Shown piece by piece: positions 31,592-40,681 of a stretch of DNA of 64,000 bases; position 1 is the stretch's first letter; the number at the start of each line of letters is the position of its first letter. A program made the translations under genes and the position numbers. This stretch comes from a bacterium (GTDB taxonomy: Bacteria; Auribacterota; UBA6266). The stretch covers positions 1,667,744 to 1,731,743 of the forward strand of contig JALOBK010000001.1 in NCBI GenBank assembly GCA_023228325.1, given 5' to 3'. The notes under the pieces are model-generated. The model was given only the letters and a program-made list of their open reading frames with translations. It was not told the origin of the DNA and made no database searches.

Positions 31592-33499
31592 TTATTTTTT
31601 AAGAAAGAAAAGTTTTATATCATATTTTCTTAGCGATTTTCCCGTGAAGTCGGTGTTGTATGTCTGGGCTAAAACACCTTTATCGGTTACATGGAGTATG
31701 TTTCCCATATTAAGAGTGGGATATCTCCAGAGCTTTTTTCCTTCGATATTGAAAAGATAGAATGTAACGTCAAAATCAAGCGCGTTGAAACCCGATACCG
31801 CATCCATGACATTAAAGTTAAATTCGCTTTTAATTGTCGCTATAAGTTTTTCATTTATCTTTGTCTCGCTGCCTTCAATATTTACGTTTTTTTCCACCAC
31901 GCCATCGGGAAGTTTTATAAATGACAGGACAGCGCTTTTTATCCGGGGAATGTCCTTTCCGTTTTCTTTCATCTGCTCCGCGATTTTTGCGGCCATCTCC
32001 GATGCCGAACTGGCTTTGATATCTTTTTTGCCGTCGAGCATATCTTCAAAATCATTGAAAATCGAGGTTAAATCCGGCGTGCCCGCCTGAACGGCTTTCA
32101 GATTGGGCTTATCCGATGGCGGCGGAGTTTCAAATGCTAATTTTTCCACCACCAGGTAATTGTTGGTGATTTGTACGGGCTTTAAACCGGCGGAGCTCTC
32201 ACTCCATATAAGGTGAAAAGTCTTTGAGTCTAAAAGTGAAAGGCTGTTTGTAGTATTAAGAAGGATATATTTATCATTTATCATGCTCAGAAAATACATT
32301 TCCCTTTCACTTTTCCACAGGGTTTTCCCTTCAAGGCTGAGGATTTCAGTTCCTGAAGCGCTTACTAAAAGGACGGTATTATTCAGAGAATAAAGCAATC
32401 CCATTGCTTCTTTTGACCACTTTTCCGAGCCGTCTTTTATTGAAAAACATTTAACGGTTTCTTCTTTGTTGAACTTATTGTCTTCAAATGAAGTTTTCAG
32501 TGTGGATGCGAATACAAAATTGTTTGCTATCGCGCATGAAACTACCTGTGAATCCACTGTGATTTTCCGGATTTCTTTTCCGGTTTCTATGTCATAAAGA
32601 GTGATAGACGTTGAGCCTGATGACGGCATAATGAAGGAATCAATAGACGCGTCGTTAACTATGCCGGAGATATCCAGGGTAGCGATATATTTGCTGTCCT
32701 GCGCGATTTTCCCTGCGCTCGCGTTTTTTACCCAGAGAGTTTTGTGTTCTTGTCTTGAATATCTGGCGAAGTAAGAATGTGAATTAATCAGTATATCGCC
32801 GTTTTTGGCTAAAGTCATGGTTGTCGGCAGAAAGTCGGACAAAAAGGAAAAGATAAAATTTTGCTGGTTTATATCAATTGATTTGCCTATGGGGTTTTCC
32901 TGGGTGATACTGCCGTTTGAAGTATCCAATTCCAGAATTACATCTTTTTCCGTCAGCAGGTATGCGATTCCGCTTTCCGCGATCGAAGCTTTTATTGCCC
33001 CTTTGTCATCAATATTAAGGGACCATGATTCGCTCGCTTTATATTTGAAGAAAATTTCATATATGGCTGCTCCTGCGACTATAAGAAGAACCAGAAGGAT
33101 GGTCTTTTTAATAAGCGAGGAAATTTTTGACACCCTTTCCTCTCTGGCGCCTATTTCCCTGGCGCTTTTTTGAGCAAGTTTTTCTGTTAAAGATGAAACT
33201 TTGGTTTTGCATTCTTCCGAGCAGAAATATCCATATTTGTTTCTCATTTCAGCGGTTATCTCTTTACCGCATGTATTGCATTTGCCTATGACTTTTTGCT
33301 CTATGCCCGGCGGCGGATTAGATGGTGTCCGCTTTATTTTAAGCTTGGAATGATTGTTTTCCGGAGCTGTCGCGGAAGTATGGGTCCCTGATGAAGAAAT
33401 TTGGACCTGCTTTCCGCAGGCCGGGCATGTTGTTTCATCTAGGACATAATCCGGCGGAATTATGATTATATGGCCGCATTCGCACTTAACTTCTCTCAT
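31592..33499 (-). CDS. membrane-anchored protein with N-terminal double zinc ribbons and a large extracytoplasmic repeat domain
   Basis: CECGH...CPACGK and CNTCGK...CSEEC zinc ribbons, a single TM helix (ILLVLLIVAGAAIYEIFF), and a C-terminal domain of about 470 aa with propeller-like repeats. Confidence 0.45.
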   Translation of the reverse strand: MREVKCECGHIIIIPPDYVLDETTCPACGKQVQISSSGTHTSATAPENNHSKLKIKRTPSNPPPGIEQKVIGKCNTCGKEITAEMRNKYGYFCSEECKTKVSSLTEKLAQKSAREIGAREERVSKISSLIKKTILLVLLIVAGAAIYEIFFKYKASESWSLNIDDKGAIKASIAESGIAYLLTEKDVILELDTSNGSITQENPIGKSIDINQQNFIFSFLSDFLPTTMTLAKNGDILINSHSYFARYSRQEHKTLWVKNASAGKIAQDSKYIATLDISGIVNDASIDSFIMPSSGSTSITLYDIETGKEIRKITVDSQVVSCAIANNFVFASTLKTSFEDNKFNKEETVKCFSIKDGSEKWSKEAMGLLYSLNNTVLLVSASGTEILSLEGKTLWKSEREMYFLSMINDKYILLNTTNSLSLLDSKTFHLIWSESSAGLKPVQITNNYLVVEKLAFETPPPSDKPNLKAVQAGTPDLTSIFNDFEDMLDGKKDIKASSASEMAAKIAEQMKENGKDIPRIKSAVLSFIKLPDGVVEKNVNIEGSETKINEKLIATIKSEFNFNVMDAVSGFNALDFDVTFYLFNIEGKKLWRYPTLNMGNILHVTDKGVLAQTYNTDFTGKSLRKYDIKLFFLKK

Positions 33500-33991
33500 T
33501 TAATTTATCTCCAGGATTTTTGCGCATTTCTCCAGTTCGCTTTCCGATATTTTCTTCAGCTGAAAGGCATCAAGATCCGACTTCTTTATCCTTAACTGTA
33601 TTGTGGGAAAGCAATATTGGGGATTATGGATTCTGTTCGGGTCGGTTATGTGCAGAACCAGCAAATCTTCATTTTTGAGGCCTCTGATAGTAGGAAAATA
33701 GGTTATCATAATACGCCATGCTTCCTTCTTTATGTCATCTATGGATATCTCATTTCTTCTGTAAATCTGGCATATGAACACGAGCCCGTAATCTTCGAGG
33801 TAGACTCCCTGAGGCATATTCGCCTGGAAAGCTTTTTGCAGTATGCCCTCAACGATTGATATATCTTTTTGCATATCTGACAAGCTGGCGCTGTTGCCAA
33901 CAGGCATAATGCGCGAACAGGCGACTTCGGAAAAAGCATTTGATGAATACAAAAAAACAAAAACAGATAACAGGAAAAATAATTTTTTCAT
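33500..33991 (-). CDS. hypothetical secreted protein
   Basis: Signal peptide. First gene of the minus-strand operon 33991 to 30962. Confidence 0.4.
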   Translation of the reverse strand: MKKLFFLLSVFVFLYSSNAFSEVACSRIMPVGNSASLSDMQKDISIVEGILQKAFQANMPQGVYLEDYGLVFICQIYRRNEISIDDIKKEAWRIMITYFPTIRGLKNEDLLVLHITDPNRIHNPQYCFPTIQLRIKKSDLDAFQLKKISESELEKCAKILEIN

Positions 33992-34125
33992 GGTGAGGCC
34001 TCCTTTTTACTCTTAGACTTTATTATACTACAAAGTGTTCAAATTATATCAGGGATAAATCCTGCGGTGTCATAAAATATTTGCTTTACAATGAAAGAAT
34101 TTTGATTTAAATTGATTTAATGAAT

Positions 34126-34250
34126 AAGGGGGAGCGTTAGCTGAGATCTTTCCTTTCAGGAAAGGAACCCCATGAACCTGGTCAGGGTAATGCCTGCGGA
34201 GGGAAATGGTTGAACAGAGACCTACCCGTATGCGGGTGGGTTTTTTTATG
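34126..34250 (+). promoter_or_regulatory. TPP (THI-box) riboswitch with terminator-type expression platform
   Basis: GCTGAGA ... ACCTGGTCAGGGTAATGCCTGCGGAGGGAA matches the THI-element consensus (CUGAGA, ACCUGAUCUGGAUAAUGCCAGCGUAGGGAA). It is followed by a hairpin plus T7 and lies upstream of thi4. Confidence 0.8.
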
Positions 34251-34365
34251 ATATGTAAAAACAAGAGTTATTGAGTTAATGGGTTACCGGGTTACTAAGT
34301 ATTGAACAATTAAATTAATATTATTAAATAACTAAATAACTGCTTTTAAGAAAAGGAGATAAAAA

Positions 34366-35148
34366 ATGAAATTGGATGAAGTTACTGTAACAAGAGCGAT
34401 TCTAGACTCTTATTTCGGCAAATTAAAAGACTATTCGGATACGGATGTTGTAATAGCGGGAGGCGGACCTGCGGGTATCTGCGCCGGATATTATCTCGCT
34501 AAAAAAGGCATTAAAGTTGCTTTATTTGAGAGGAAGCTTTCCGTTGGCGGCGGGATGTGGGGCGGCGGAATGATGTTTAACAGCATTGTCGTCCAGCAGG
34601 AGGGGAAGGAAATCTTAGATGCATTTTCAATAGGTTCCGATGAATATGAAAGCGGTTATTATACCTCCGATTCAATCGAAGCCGTGACAGCGCTGACTTA
34701 TAAAGCGGTAAAGGCGGGGCTTAAGATATTTAACTGTATGAGCGTTGAAGATGTGATGATAGATGAAAAAGAGAACATAACGGGAGTTGTCATAAACTGG
34801 TCGCCTGTTGAAATCGCAAATCTCCATGTTGACCCTCTTTGTATAAGGTCCAAATATATCATTGAAGCGACAGGGCATCCCTGTGAAGTGGCGAAAGTCA
34901 TAGTAAGAAAAGTCGGGAAAAAACTTTTCACGAAAACAGGCGATTTGATGGGCGAAGGCTCGATGAACGCGGAAGCGGGCGAGAAAGCAATCCTTGAGAA
35001 CACAAAAGAGTTTTATAAAAACGCGTATGTTGCGGGAATGTCCTGCAACGCGGTTTTCGGCGCTCCCAGGATGGGCCCTGTGTTCGGCGGGATGCTCCTT
35101 TCCGGAAAAAAAGTCGCCGAAATAATAGCGTCTAAACTGGGGAAATAA
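34366..35148 (+). CDS. thi4: thiazole synthase Thi4 family (sulfide-dependent thiazole biosynthesis)
   Basis: FAD-binding [18 protein letters not shown] and conserved Thi4 GGGMWGGGM motifs. Downstream of the TPP riboswitch. Confidence 0.85.
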   Translation: MKLDEVTVTRAILDSYFGKLKDYSDTDVVIAGGGPAGICAGYYLAKKGIKVALFERKLSVGGGMWGGGMMFNSIVVQQEGKEILDAFSIGSDEYESGYYTSDSIEAVTALTYKAVKAGLKIFNCMSVEDVMIDEKENITGVVINWSPVEIANLHVDPLCIRSKYIIEATGHPCEVAKVIVRKVGKKLFTKTGDLMGEGSMNAEAGEKAILENTKEFYKNAYVAGMSCNAVFGAPRMGPVFGGMLLSGKKVAEIIASKLGK

Positions 35149-35186
35149 ATGAGGATTTTACACAGGGAATCTGGTATAATAATCCT

Positions 35187-35357
35187 ATGAAAAAGATTAT
35201 AAAAAAAATGAGGTTAGAAGACAAAAAAGACGACCTTGCTTACTGGTTATCCAAGACCCCGGAAGAACGTATTGAAGCAGTAGAAATACTGAGAAAGCAG
35301 TTTAATGGAAGCGCAGCAAGATTACAAAGAACTGTTAGAGTTATTAAACAAGCATAA
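35187..35357 (+). CDS. small ORF (56 aa, below the track cutoff) overlapping the downstream nucleotidyltransferase gene
   Basis: ATG 35187 to TAA 35358 encodes MKKIIKKMRLEDKKDDLAYWLSKTPEERIEAVEILRKQFNGSAARLQRTVRVIKQA. It overlaps the next gene by about 54 nt in a different frame. Confidence 0.3.
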   Translation: MKKIIKKMRLEDKKDDLAYWLSKTPEERIEAVEILRKQFNGSAARLQRTVRVIKQA

Positions 35358-35760
35358 AGCCGATTATGTCATTGTTGGAGCTTATGCTTTGGCATTTCAC
35401 GGGTACCCGAGGTATACCGGGGATTTAGATATTCTGGTTAAAACCGATAAACCCAACGCAGAAAAGATACTTTCCGCAATCAGAGAGTTCGGTTTTGAGT
35501 CGCTGGATATTTCGCTAAACGATTTTTCTTCGCCGGGAAAAGTCGTCCAGTTGGGTGTTCCCCCTGTGCGAATAGATGTTATTACATCAATAACAGGTGT
35601 TGGCTGGGAGCGTATTTCCCCTAACAGGATTAAAGGCGAATACGGCGGTGTTCCGGTGTATTTCATCGGCAAAAGTGAATTTATCGCCAATAAAAAAGTT
35701 ATCGGCAGGCATAAAGATCTGGCTGATGTTGAAGCCATTGAGAAGGAAAACAATACCTGA
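35305..35760 (+). CDS. Pol-beta superfamily nucleotidyltransferase-fold protein
   Basis: VIVGAYALAFHGYPRYTGDLDILV fits the hG[GS]-x9-13-DhD nucleotidyltransferase signature. Confidence 0.5.
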   Translation: MEAQQDYKELLELLNKHKADYVIVGAYALAFHGYPRYTGDLDILVKTDKPNAEKILSAIREFGFESLDISLNDFSSPGKVVQLGVPPVRIDVITSITGVGWERISPNRIKGEYGGVPVYFIGKSEFIANKKVIGRHKDLADVEAIEKENNT

Positions 35761-35844
35761 TTCCTGCCGTTATTATTTAACTTTCTCGTAAAGCGTATCA
35801 AGAGGGCTTTTAGGCGCTTTAGACATATTTCTTCCGTGTCCTAA

Positions 35845-36858
35845 GTGAAACTTCGGACACAAATGAATAAAAAGGAGAAAAACATGAGTGAAACAGCCGG
35901 TAGCGCGAATGAACTGAGCATGCTTTCCAAAGATGAAATCAGCGCGCTGGAGGAAACAGTTCAATTCCACAAGACCCGGCAGGGAACAAGACTCGCATTC
36001 CATGAGTATGGAGATTTAAAGGGCCATCCGATTTTTTTCTACCACGGTACAGGTTCGCATGTGCACGGCATGCTTCTTCATAAGCCTGCTCTCAGATACG
36101 GTTTTAGGATTATCGCGCCGGATAGACCCGGTGTTGCCCAGTCGGATTTTCGTCCGGGCTGGACTATCCTTGAATACGCGCGGGATATGGCCGACCTGGC
36201 CAACAGACTTGGAATCGGCTCTTTCGGAGCCATTGGAATTTCAGGTGCCGGACCCACCCTGATGGCCAGCGCTTTTGCCATTCCCGAACGCCTGCACTGC
36301 GTGGTTGATTTAGCCTGCGCCATGCCGGTTTATGCTGACCCGGAAATGACAAAGCATCTTGGCACAGCGGACCGGTTCTATGCCAAACTCGGCACCGGGT
36401 TGCCGCTTTCTTTATTCAGATTACCGTTTTCTTTACTTGGAGTGATGCAGAGGGTAATGAAAAGCCCGAAATCGTTTGCGAAAATGTTCGACTCCAGTTT
36501 ATGTCCCGCCGACAAAGAAATTTTCAAAATGGCTGATTTTCAATACCTGCTTATGCGGGATTTCCAGGAACTTTTCCGGCACGGCTCGAAAGGCCCCGCC
36601 TATGATGCGCAGACAGTTTATAAGCAATGGGGATTCAATCTTTCAGATATAGGAATCCACATTGAGGTGTTCCAAGGGTCATCGGATAAATTTGTCCCCG
36701 CGATGTTCAGCGAATATCTGGCAAAAACCGCAAAAGATGTCAGGCTTAACATCCTCGAAGGTCAGGGGCATTTCTGTCATCTTGCCTACGGTTACCGAAT
36801 GCTGAAAAAGGTAAAAGAAATTTTCTATGGGGGAAAAGATCTTCGCGCGCAAAGTTAA
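35845..36858 (+). CDS. alpha/beta hydrolase
   Basis: Nucleophile elbow GISGAG and the HGTGSH oxyanion region. Confidence 0.6.
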   Translation: MKLRTQMNKKEKNMSETAGSANELSMLSKDEISALEETVQFHKTRQGTRLAFHEYGDLKGHPIFFYHGTGSHVHGMLLHKPALRYGFRIIAPDRPGVAQSDFRPGWTILEYARDMADLANRLGIGSFGAIGISGAGPTLMASAFAIPERLHCVVDLACAMPVYADPEMTKHLGTADRFYAKLGTGLPLSLFRLPFSLLGVMQRVMKSPKSFAKMFDSSLCPADKEIFKMADFQYLLMRDFQELFRHGSKGPAYDAQTVYKQWGFNLSDIGIHIEVFQGSSDKFVPAMFSEYLAKTAKDVRLNILEGQGHFCHLAYGYRMLKKVKEIFYGGKDLRAQS

Positions 36859-37005
36859 CCATGGAATAACACTTCCTGCAAACAGATAATTCCTTTGATT
36901 AAAAGCCCGATATTCTGGTAAATTCATTCTGTTCATAATTTGAGAAAGATAATTAAGCGCACATTTATACAGCCTTTGAATCAGGGATTACACGGAATGT
37001 GAATT

Positions 37006-37740
37006 ATGTCTAAAGGTATATATAAGATATTTATTAAATTGTCCAAGATTTTGTCACGTAAAGGCATATATGAATTTCTCGATAAAGAATACGCGGCGAT
37101 AAAAAAAGGAAACAGGGTTTTATCTGTGGGGGCGGGCGGGGATATTAACTTTCTTTTAATGAAATATGCGAAAAATAATGAGTTTGAAGTTATAACTATT
37201 GATATAAATAAAGACAGGAACCCGGATATTATCGGAGATGTTTGCGTATATGACTTTGGCGATATGGTTTTCGATATAGTTGTTATGGGCGAGGTTTTAG
37301 AACATTTGCACTCTCCTCATGCGGCAATTGAAAATATATACAGATCAATGAAAACGGACGGGCGGCTCATAATGACCGCTCCATTCATATTTCCTATACA
37401 TGAGCGTCCCTGTGACTATTTCAGGTATACACGCTACGGCCTGGAATATTTGCTCGGAAGTTTTGAAGAAGTGAATATCAATGAGCGAAACGGATGGGGT
37501 GAGGCGGTTAACGTCCTTTTTGTAAGACATGTAATGGAAAAAAATATTTCATCACGTTTAATCGCGCCTCTGTTTATCCTTCTTGCTTTCATATGTCTTC
37601 CATTTACGGTTCTTTTAGGCAAGCTTATCAGAACGGATTTTATTACAAGCGGATATCTGGTTTCTGCTAAGAAACCGTCCGGCAGAGCGCCGGCTCAAAT
37701 AAGCAAAAACGCTCAATTGCGCAATTATTCTCAAAGGTAA
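37006..37740 (+). CDS. class I SAM-dependent methyltransferase with C-terminal TM helix
   Basis: Motif I VLSVGAGGD and motif post-I VITIDIN. Confidence 0.6.
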   Translation: MSKGIYKIFIKLSKILSRKGIYEFLDKEYAAIKKGNRVLSVGAGGDINFLLMKYAKNNEFEVITIDINKDRNPDIIGDVCVYDFGDMVFDIVVMGEVLEHLHSPHAAIENIYRSMKTDGRLIMTAPFIFPIHERPCDYFRYTRYGLEYLLGSFEEVNINERNGWGEAVNVLFVRHVMEKNISSRLIAPLFILLAFICLPFTVLLGKLIRTDFITSGYLVSAKKPSGRAPAQISKNAQLRNYSQR

Positions 37741-37866
37741 AAATTTAACCCCGGTTTTTTTTATTCATAACAGTTATGAAATAAACAAAAATTGAATTAT
37801 TTTTGCGCAGGCATTATAATCTAACGGTTATCGATACTTTAATCTTAAAACAAGGAGGGAATTAAT

Positions 37867-38172
37867 ATGCCGGAATTCGGGAACCCGTTCTCGGGTTTAA
37901 AGAAAGACAGGAAAGTGACAAAGGAGGAATTAATCCGCGCAATCCGTTTTATGATAGCCGCGGAATATGAAGCGGTGCAGTTGTATATGCAGTTGGCTGA
38001 ATCCACCGATAACAAGCTTGCGCAGGATGTTTTGAAAGATATTGCCGATGAAGAAAGGGTGCACGCGGGGGAATTCTTAAGGCTTCTCAAGGAACTTGCT
38101 CCGGATGAAGAAGGGTTCTATGCAAAAGGCGCTGAAGAAGTGGAAGAAGAAATTGAGAAAATGGGGAAATAA
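37867..38172 (+). CDS. ferritin-like/rubrerythrin-like diiron domain protein
   Basis: ExxH motifs (AAEYEAVQLY and EERVHAGEF) in a four-helix-bundle-length protein. Confidence 0.5.
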   Translation: MPEFGNPFSGLKKDRKVTKEELIRAIRFMIAAEYEAVQLYMQLAESTDNKLAQDVLKDIADEERVHAGEFLRLLKELAPDEEGFYAKGAEEVEEEIEKMGK

Positions 38173-38215
38173 CCGGTTTTCCGCCGGCAGGTTACTTTCT
38201 TAGAGGAGGCTTAAC

Positions 38216-38473
38216 ATGGCGTACAAATGTCCCAGATGCGGGAAAACGGTTCAAAGAGGATATAGCGGCGGTGCTCAGGCGACCGCAGGTCTGGTCGGGG
38301 CTCTTTTCTATGCCGCTTTCGGAGCTTTTGAATGCAAAAGCTGCGGCAAAATCGCCGGGAAGGAATTTCCCTCCGCAGACAGGAAAAAAATGCTGTTCGG
38401 TTCGGTATTGCTGGTTATTGCCGGTATTGCGGTTATCATAGGGCTGATTGCTCTTTTGGCTAATATGAAATAG
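38216..38473 (+). CDS. small zinc-ribbon membrane protein
   Basis: CPRCGK...CKSCGK and a C-terminal TM helix. AGGAGG RBS. Confidence 0.45.
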   Translation: MAYKCPRCGKTVQRGYSGGAQATAGLVGALFYAAFGAFECKSCGKIAGKEFPSADRKKMLFGSVLLVIAGIAVIIGLIALLANMK

Positions 38474-38504
38474 CGTCATTAATAAATAACAACGGAGTTT
38501 TTAG

Positions 38505-39191
38505 ATGAATAAGATTTTTATATTGATTACAGTATGTTTTTGCTTTTCGGCAGTTTGTTTTGCGGCAGGGGAAGATGTTGCCGAAGTAAAAGTCGGTGGC
38601 GTATCTATAAATGTGCCTCCGCCTGCAGATGGTTTCAAAGAAGTAGGTTATGACAAAAGAGAATTTTTGGAAATTGCCGTTCCTCCCAACAACCGCCTGC
38701 TCAGCGCTTTTCTGACCGAAGAAGACCTTAAAAAATTCGGGACCGAACAACTGGAATATCTTTCGCGTTATATGATGCTGCAGGTAGCCCGCGGCGCCGA
38801 ATACATGTCCTGCGGACCGGAAGATTTCAAAATTGTTATTGAAAGTATGTCGGAAGCGATGAGCCAGGGCATGAAGGATACAATAGATGAAGCCAATGCC
38901 GAAATATCAAGACGCTTGAAAGCGCTTAATGTTGATGAGGTAAAGCTTGATAAACCTGAAATGCTCGGGCAAATATTTTCGATTACGGACGCGGCAGCTT
39001 TCGCAATGGTGATGTCCGTCAAAGAAGGGGCAAGAACGACAAAAATGATTTGCGGCCTTTGTACTATCAGGGTAAAAAGCAAACTACTTTTTGCGTATGT
39101 TTATTCCGAGTACAAAGATGAAGCTTCGGTAGACTGGGTCTGTAAAACCACCGAAAACTGGGCTAAGGCGCTGTTAAACGCCAACCAGTAG
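38505..39191 (+). CDS. hypothetical secreted protein
   Basis: Signal peptide. No recognisable domain. Confidence 0.4.
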   Translation: MNKIFILITVCFCFSAVCFAAGEDVAEVKVGGVSINVPPPADGFKEVGYDKREFLEIAVPPNNRLLSAFLTEEDLKKFGTEQLEYLSRYMMLQVARGAEYMSCGPEDFKIVIESMSEAMSQGMKDTIDEANAEISRRLKALNVDEVKLDKPEMLGQIFSITDAAAFAMVMSVKEGARTTKMICGLCTIRVKSKLLFAYVYSEYKDEASVDWVCKTTENWAKALLNANQ

Positions 39192-39211
39192 AAGAAACAT
39201 CAGGGAAATAC

Positions 39212-40486
39212 ATGGCGATACTGGTTGAGAGAGACAATATAGGTATTTTCGGCAAGATGAATTCCGGAAAAAGCAGCGTGATGAACCTTATTACGCAGCA
39301 GGAAACATCCATTGTCGATTCTACGCCCGGGACCACTTCCGATACCAAGAATTCTTTGTTTGAGATACACGGGGTAGGGCCGGTGAAACTTTTTGATACA
39401 GCCGGCGCAGATGAAAATTCGGCTCTCGGAAGCAAGAAAAGAAAAAAAGTGTTTACCGACCTGAAGGAATGCGACCTGGTATTGCTCATCATAGACCCGT
39501 CGGCGGAAGATTTCCGCACAGAACATACTCTTATAGAAGAAGCCAGAGCCCAGGACAAACAGGTTCTCGTGCTTTATAATATATTCCGTCCGGCAGATGA
39601 AAAGAGAATCGATAAAATCGAAAAAGAACTGCCTTCTCTCAAATTCTATAGAAAATTAAAGGTTATCGCCGTTGACAGGGCATACAGGCAGAAACTTCTG
39701 GATTTCATAATAAAAAATTTCGACTCCCGGAATAAAAAGGTTCCTTTGCTTCCTTTTCTCGAAAAAGATGAATATTATGTGCTTATAATACCGATGGATG
39801 AAGAAACTCCCCCCGGAAGGTATCTCAGGCCTCAGGCTATGGTCGAAGAATACATTACCCGCAACTGGGCTTATCCTGTTTCTTTCAGGATGGATTTAGG
39901 GAAAGCAAGGGATAAGAACAGGGAAATATCTGAAAAAGAATATGAACGCTTTATGTCTGTAATAAACGGTTTGGCCAAACGGCCCAAAGCCATTATTACC
40001 GATTCCCAGGCAATGGACATAATGAATGGCTGGTGCCCCGATGATATCCGCCTTACGACATTTTCAATCACTATGATTAACTATATGAGCAGAGGCCGGC
40101 TGGACAACTTTGTTAAAGGTCTTGATGTTATGGATAAACTGGAAAAAGGGGATAGTATCCTTATAGCTGAAGCTTGTAACCATTCGCGCATAGGCGAAGA
40201 TATCGGAACAGTCCAGATACCTGAGTATTTGAAAAAAGCCATTCCCGGTATTGTTATCGAACATGCTTTCGGCAGGGAGCTCCGGGAAGAGAAAACCTTG
40301 TTAAATTACAGGCTTGTTATACACTGCGGAGGATGTATGATAAGCCCTCAGCAAGTGGCGTCGAGAATAAGAGATCTTGAAAATATAGGAGTTCCGTTTA
40401 CCAATTACGGGCTTTTTCTTGCTTATATGCAGGGCAGAAAAGCTCTATCAAGAGTTATTGAACCCTGGGGCCTGAAAATTCACTGA
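39212..40486 (+). CDS. hydF: [FeFe]-hydrogenase H-cluster maturation GTPase HydF
   Basis: GTPase G1 GKMNSGKSS and G3 DTAG. The C-terminal FeS-binding signature CNHSR...HCGGC (CxH...HCxxC) is typical of HydF. Confidence 0.7.
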   Translation: MAILVERDNIGIFGKMNSGKSSVMNLITQQETSIVDSTPGTTSDTKNSLFEIHGVGPVKLFDTAGADENSALGSKKRKKVFTDLKECDLVLLIIDPSAEDFRTEHTLIEEARAQDKQVLVLYNIFRPADEKRIDKIEKELPSLKFYRKLKVIAVDRAYRQKLLDFIIKNFDSRNKKVPLLPFLEKDEYYVLIIPMDEETPPGRYLRPQAMVEEYITRNWAYPVSFRMDLGKARDKNREISEKEYERFMSVINGLAKRPKAIITDSQAMDIMNGWCPDDIRLTTFSITMINYMSRGRLDNFVKGLDVMDKLEKGDSILIAEACNHSRIGEDIGTVQIPEYLKKAIPGIVIEHAFGRELREEKTLLNYRLVIHCGGCMISPQQVASRIRDLENIGVPFTNYGLFLAYMQGRKALSRVIEPWGLKIH

Positions 40487-40681
40487 TTTCCGTCTGTGAA
40501 AATCGTTTACAATAACATTTTATGTTGACTTACTGTCCGGCATGGGTATATACTATTGCTTAAATATTAAATATATAAAGTAGTATTTGAAAGAAAAGAG
40601 GTTTTAAAACCGCAAGGCGTTAGAACGTTCGCTTTGTGGGTTTTTTGTATTCACCGAAGATTATAACGGAGAAAATAAATA

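Noticed and set aside
31578-32090. Plus-strand small ORFs (31578-31760, 31691-31924, 31785-32090) opposite the 635-aa minus-strand gene
   Set aside because: They fall entirely within the longer minus-strand CDS and are low-complexity. Regarded as spurious.
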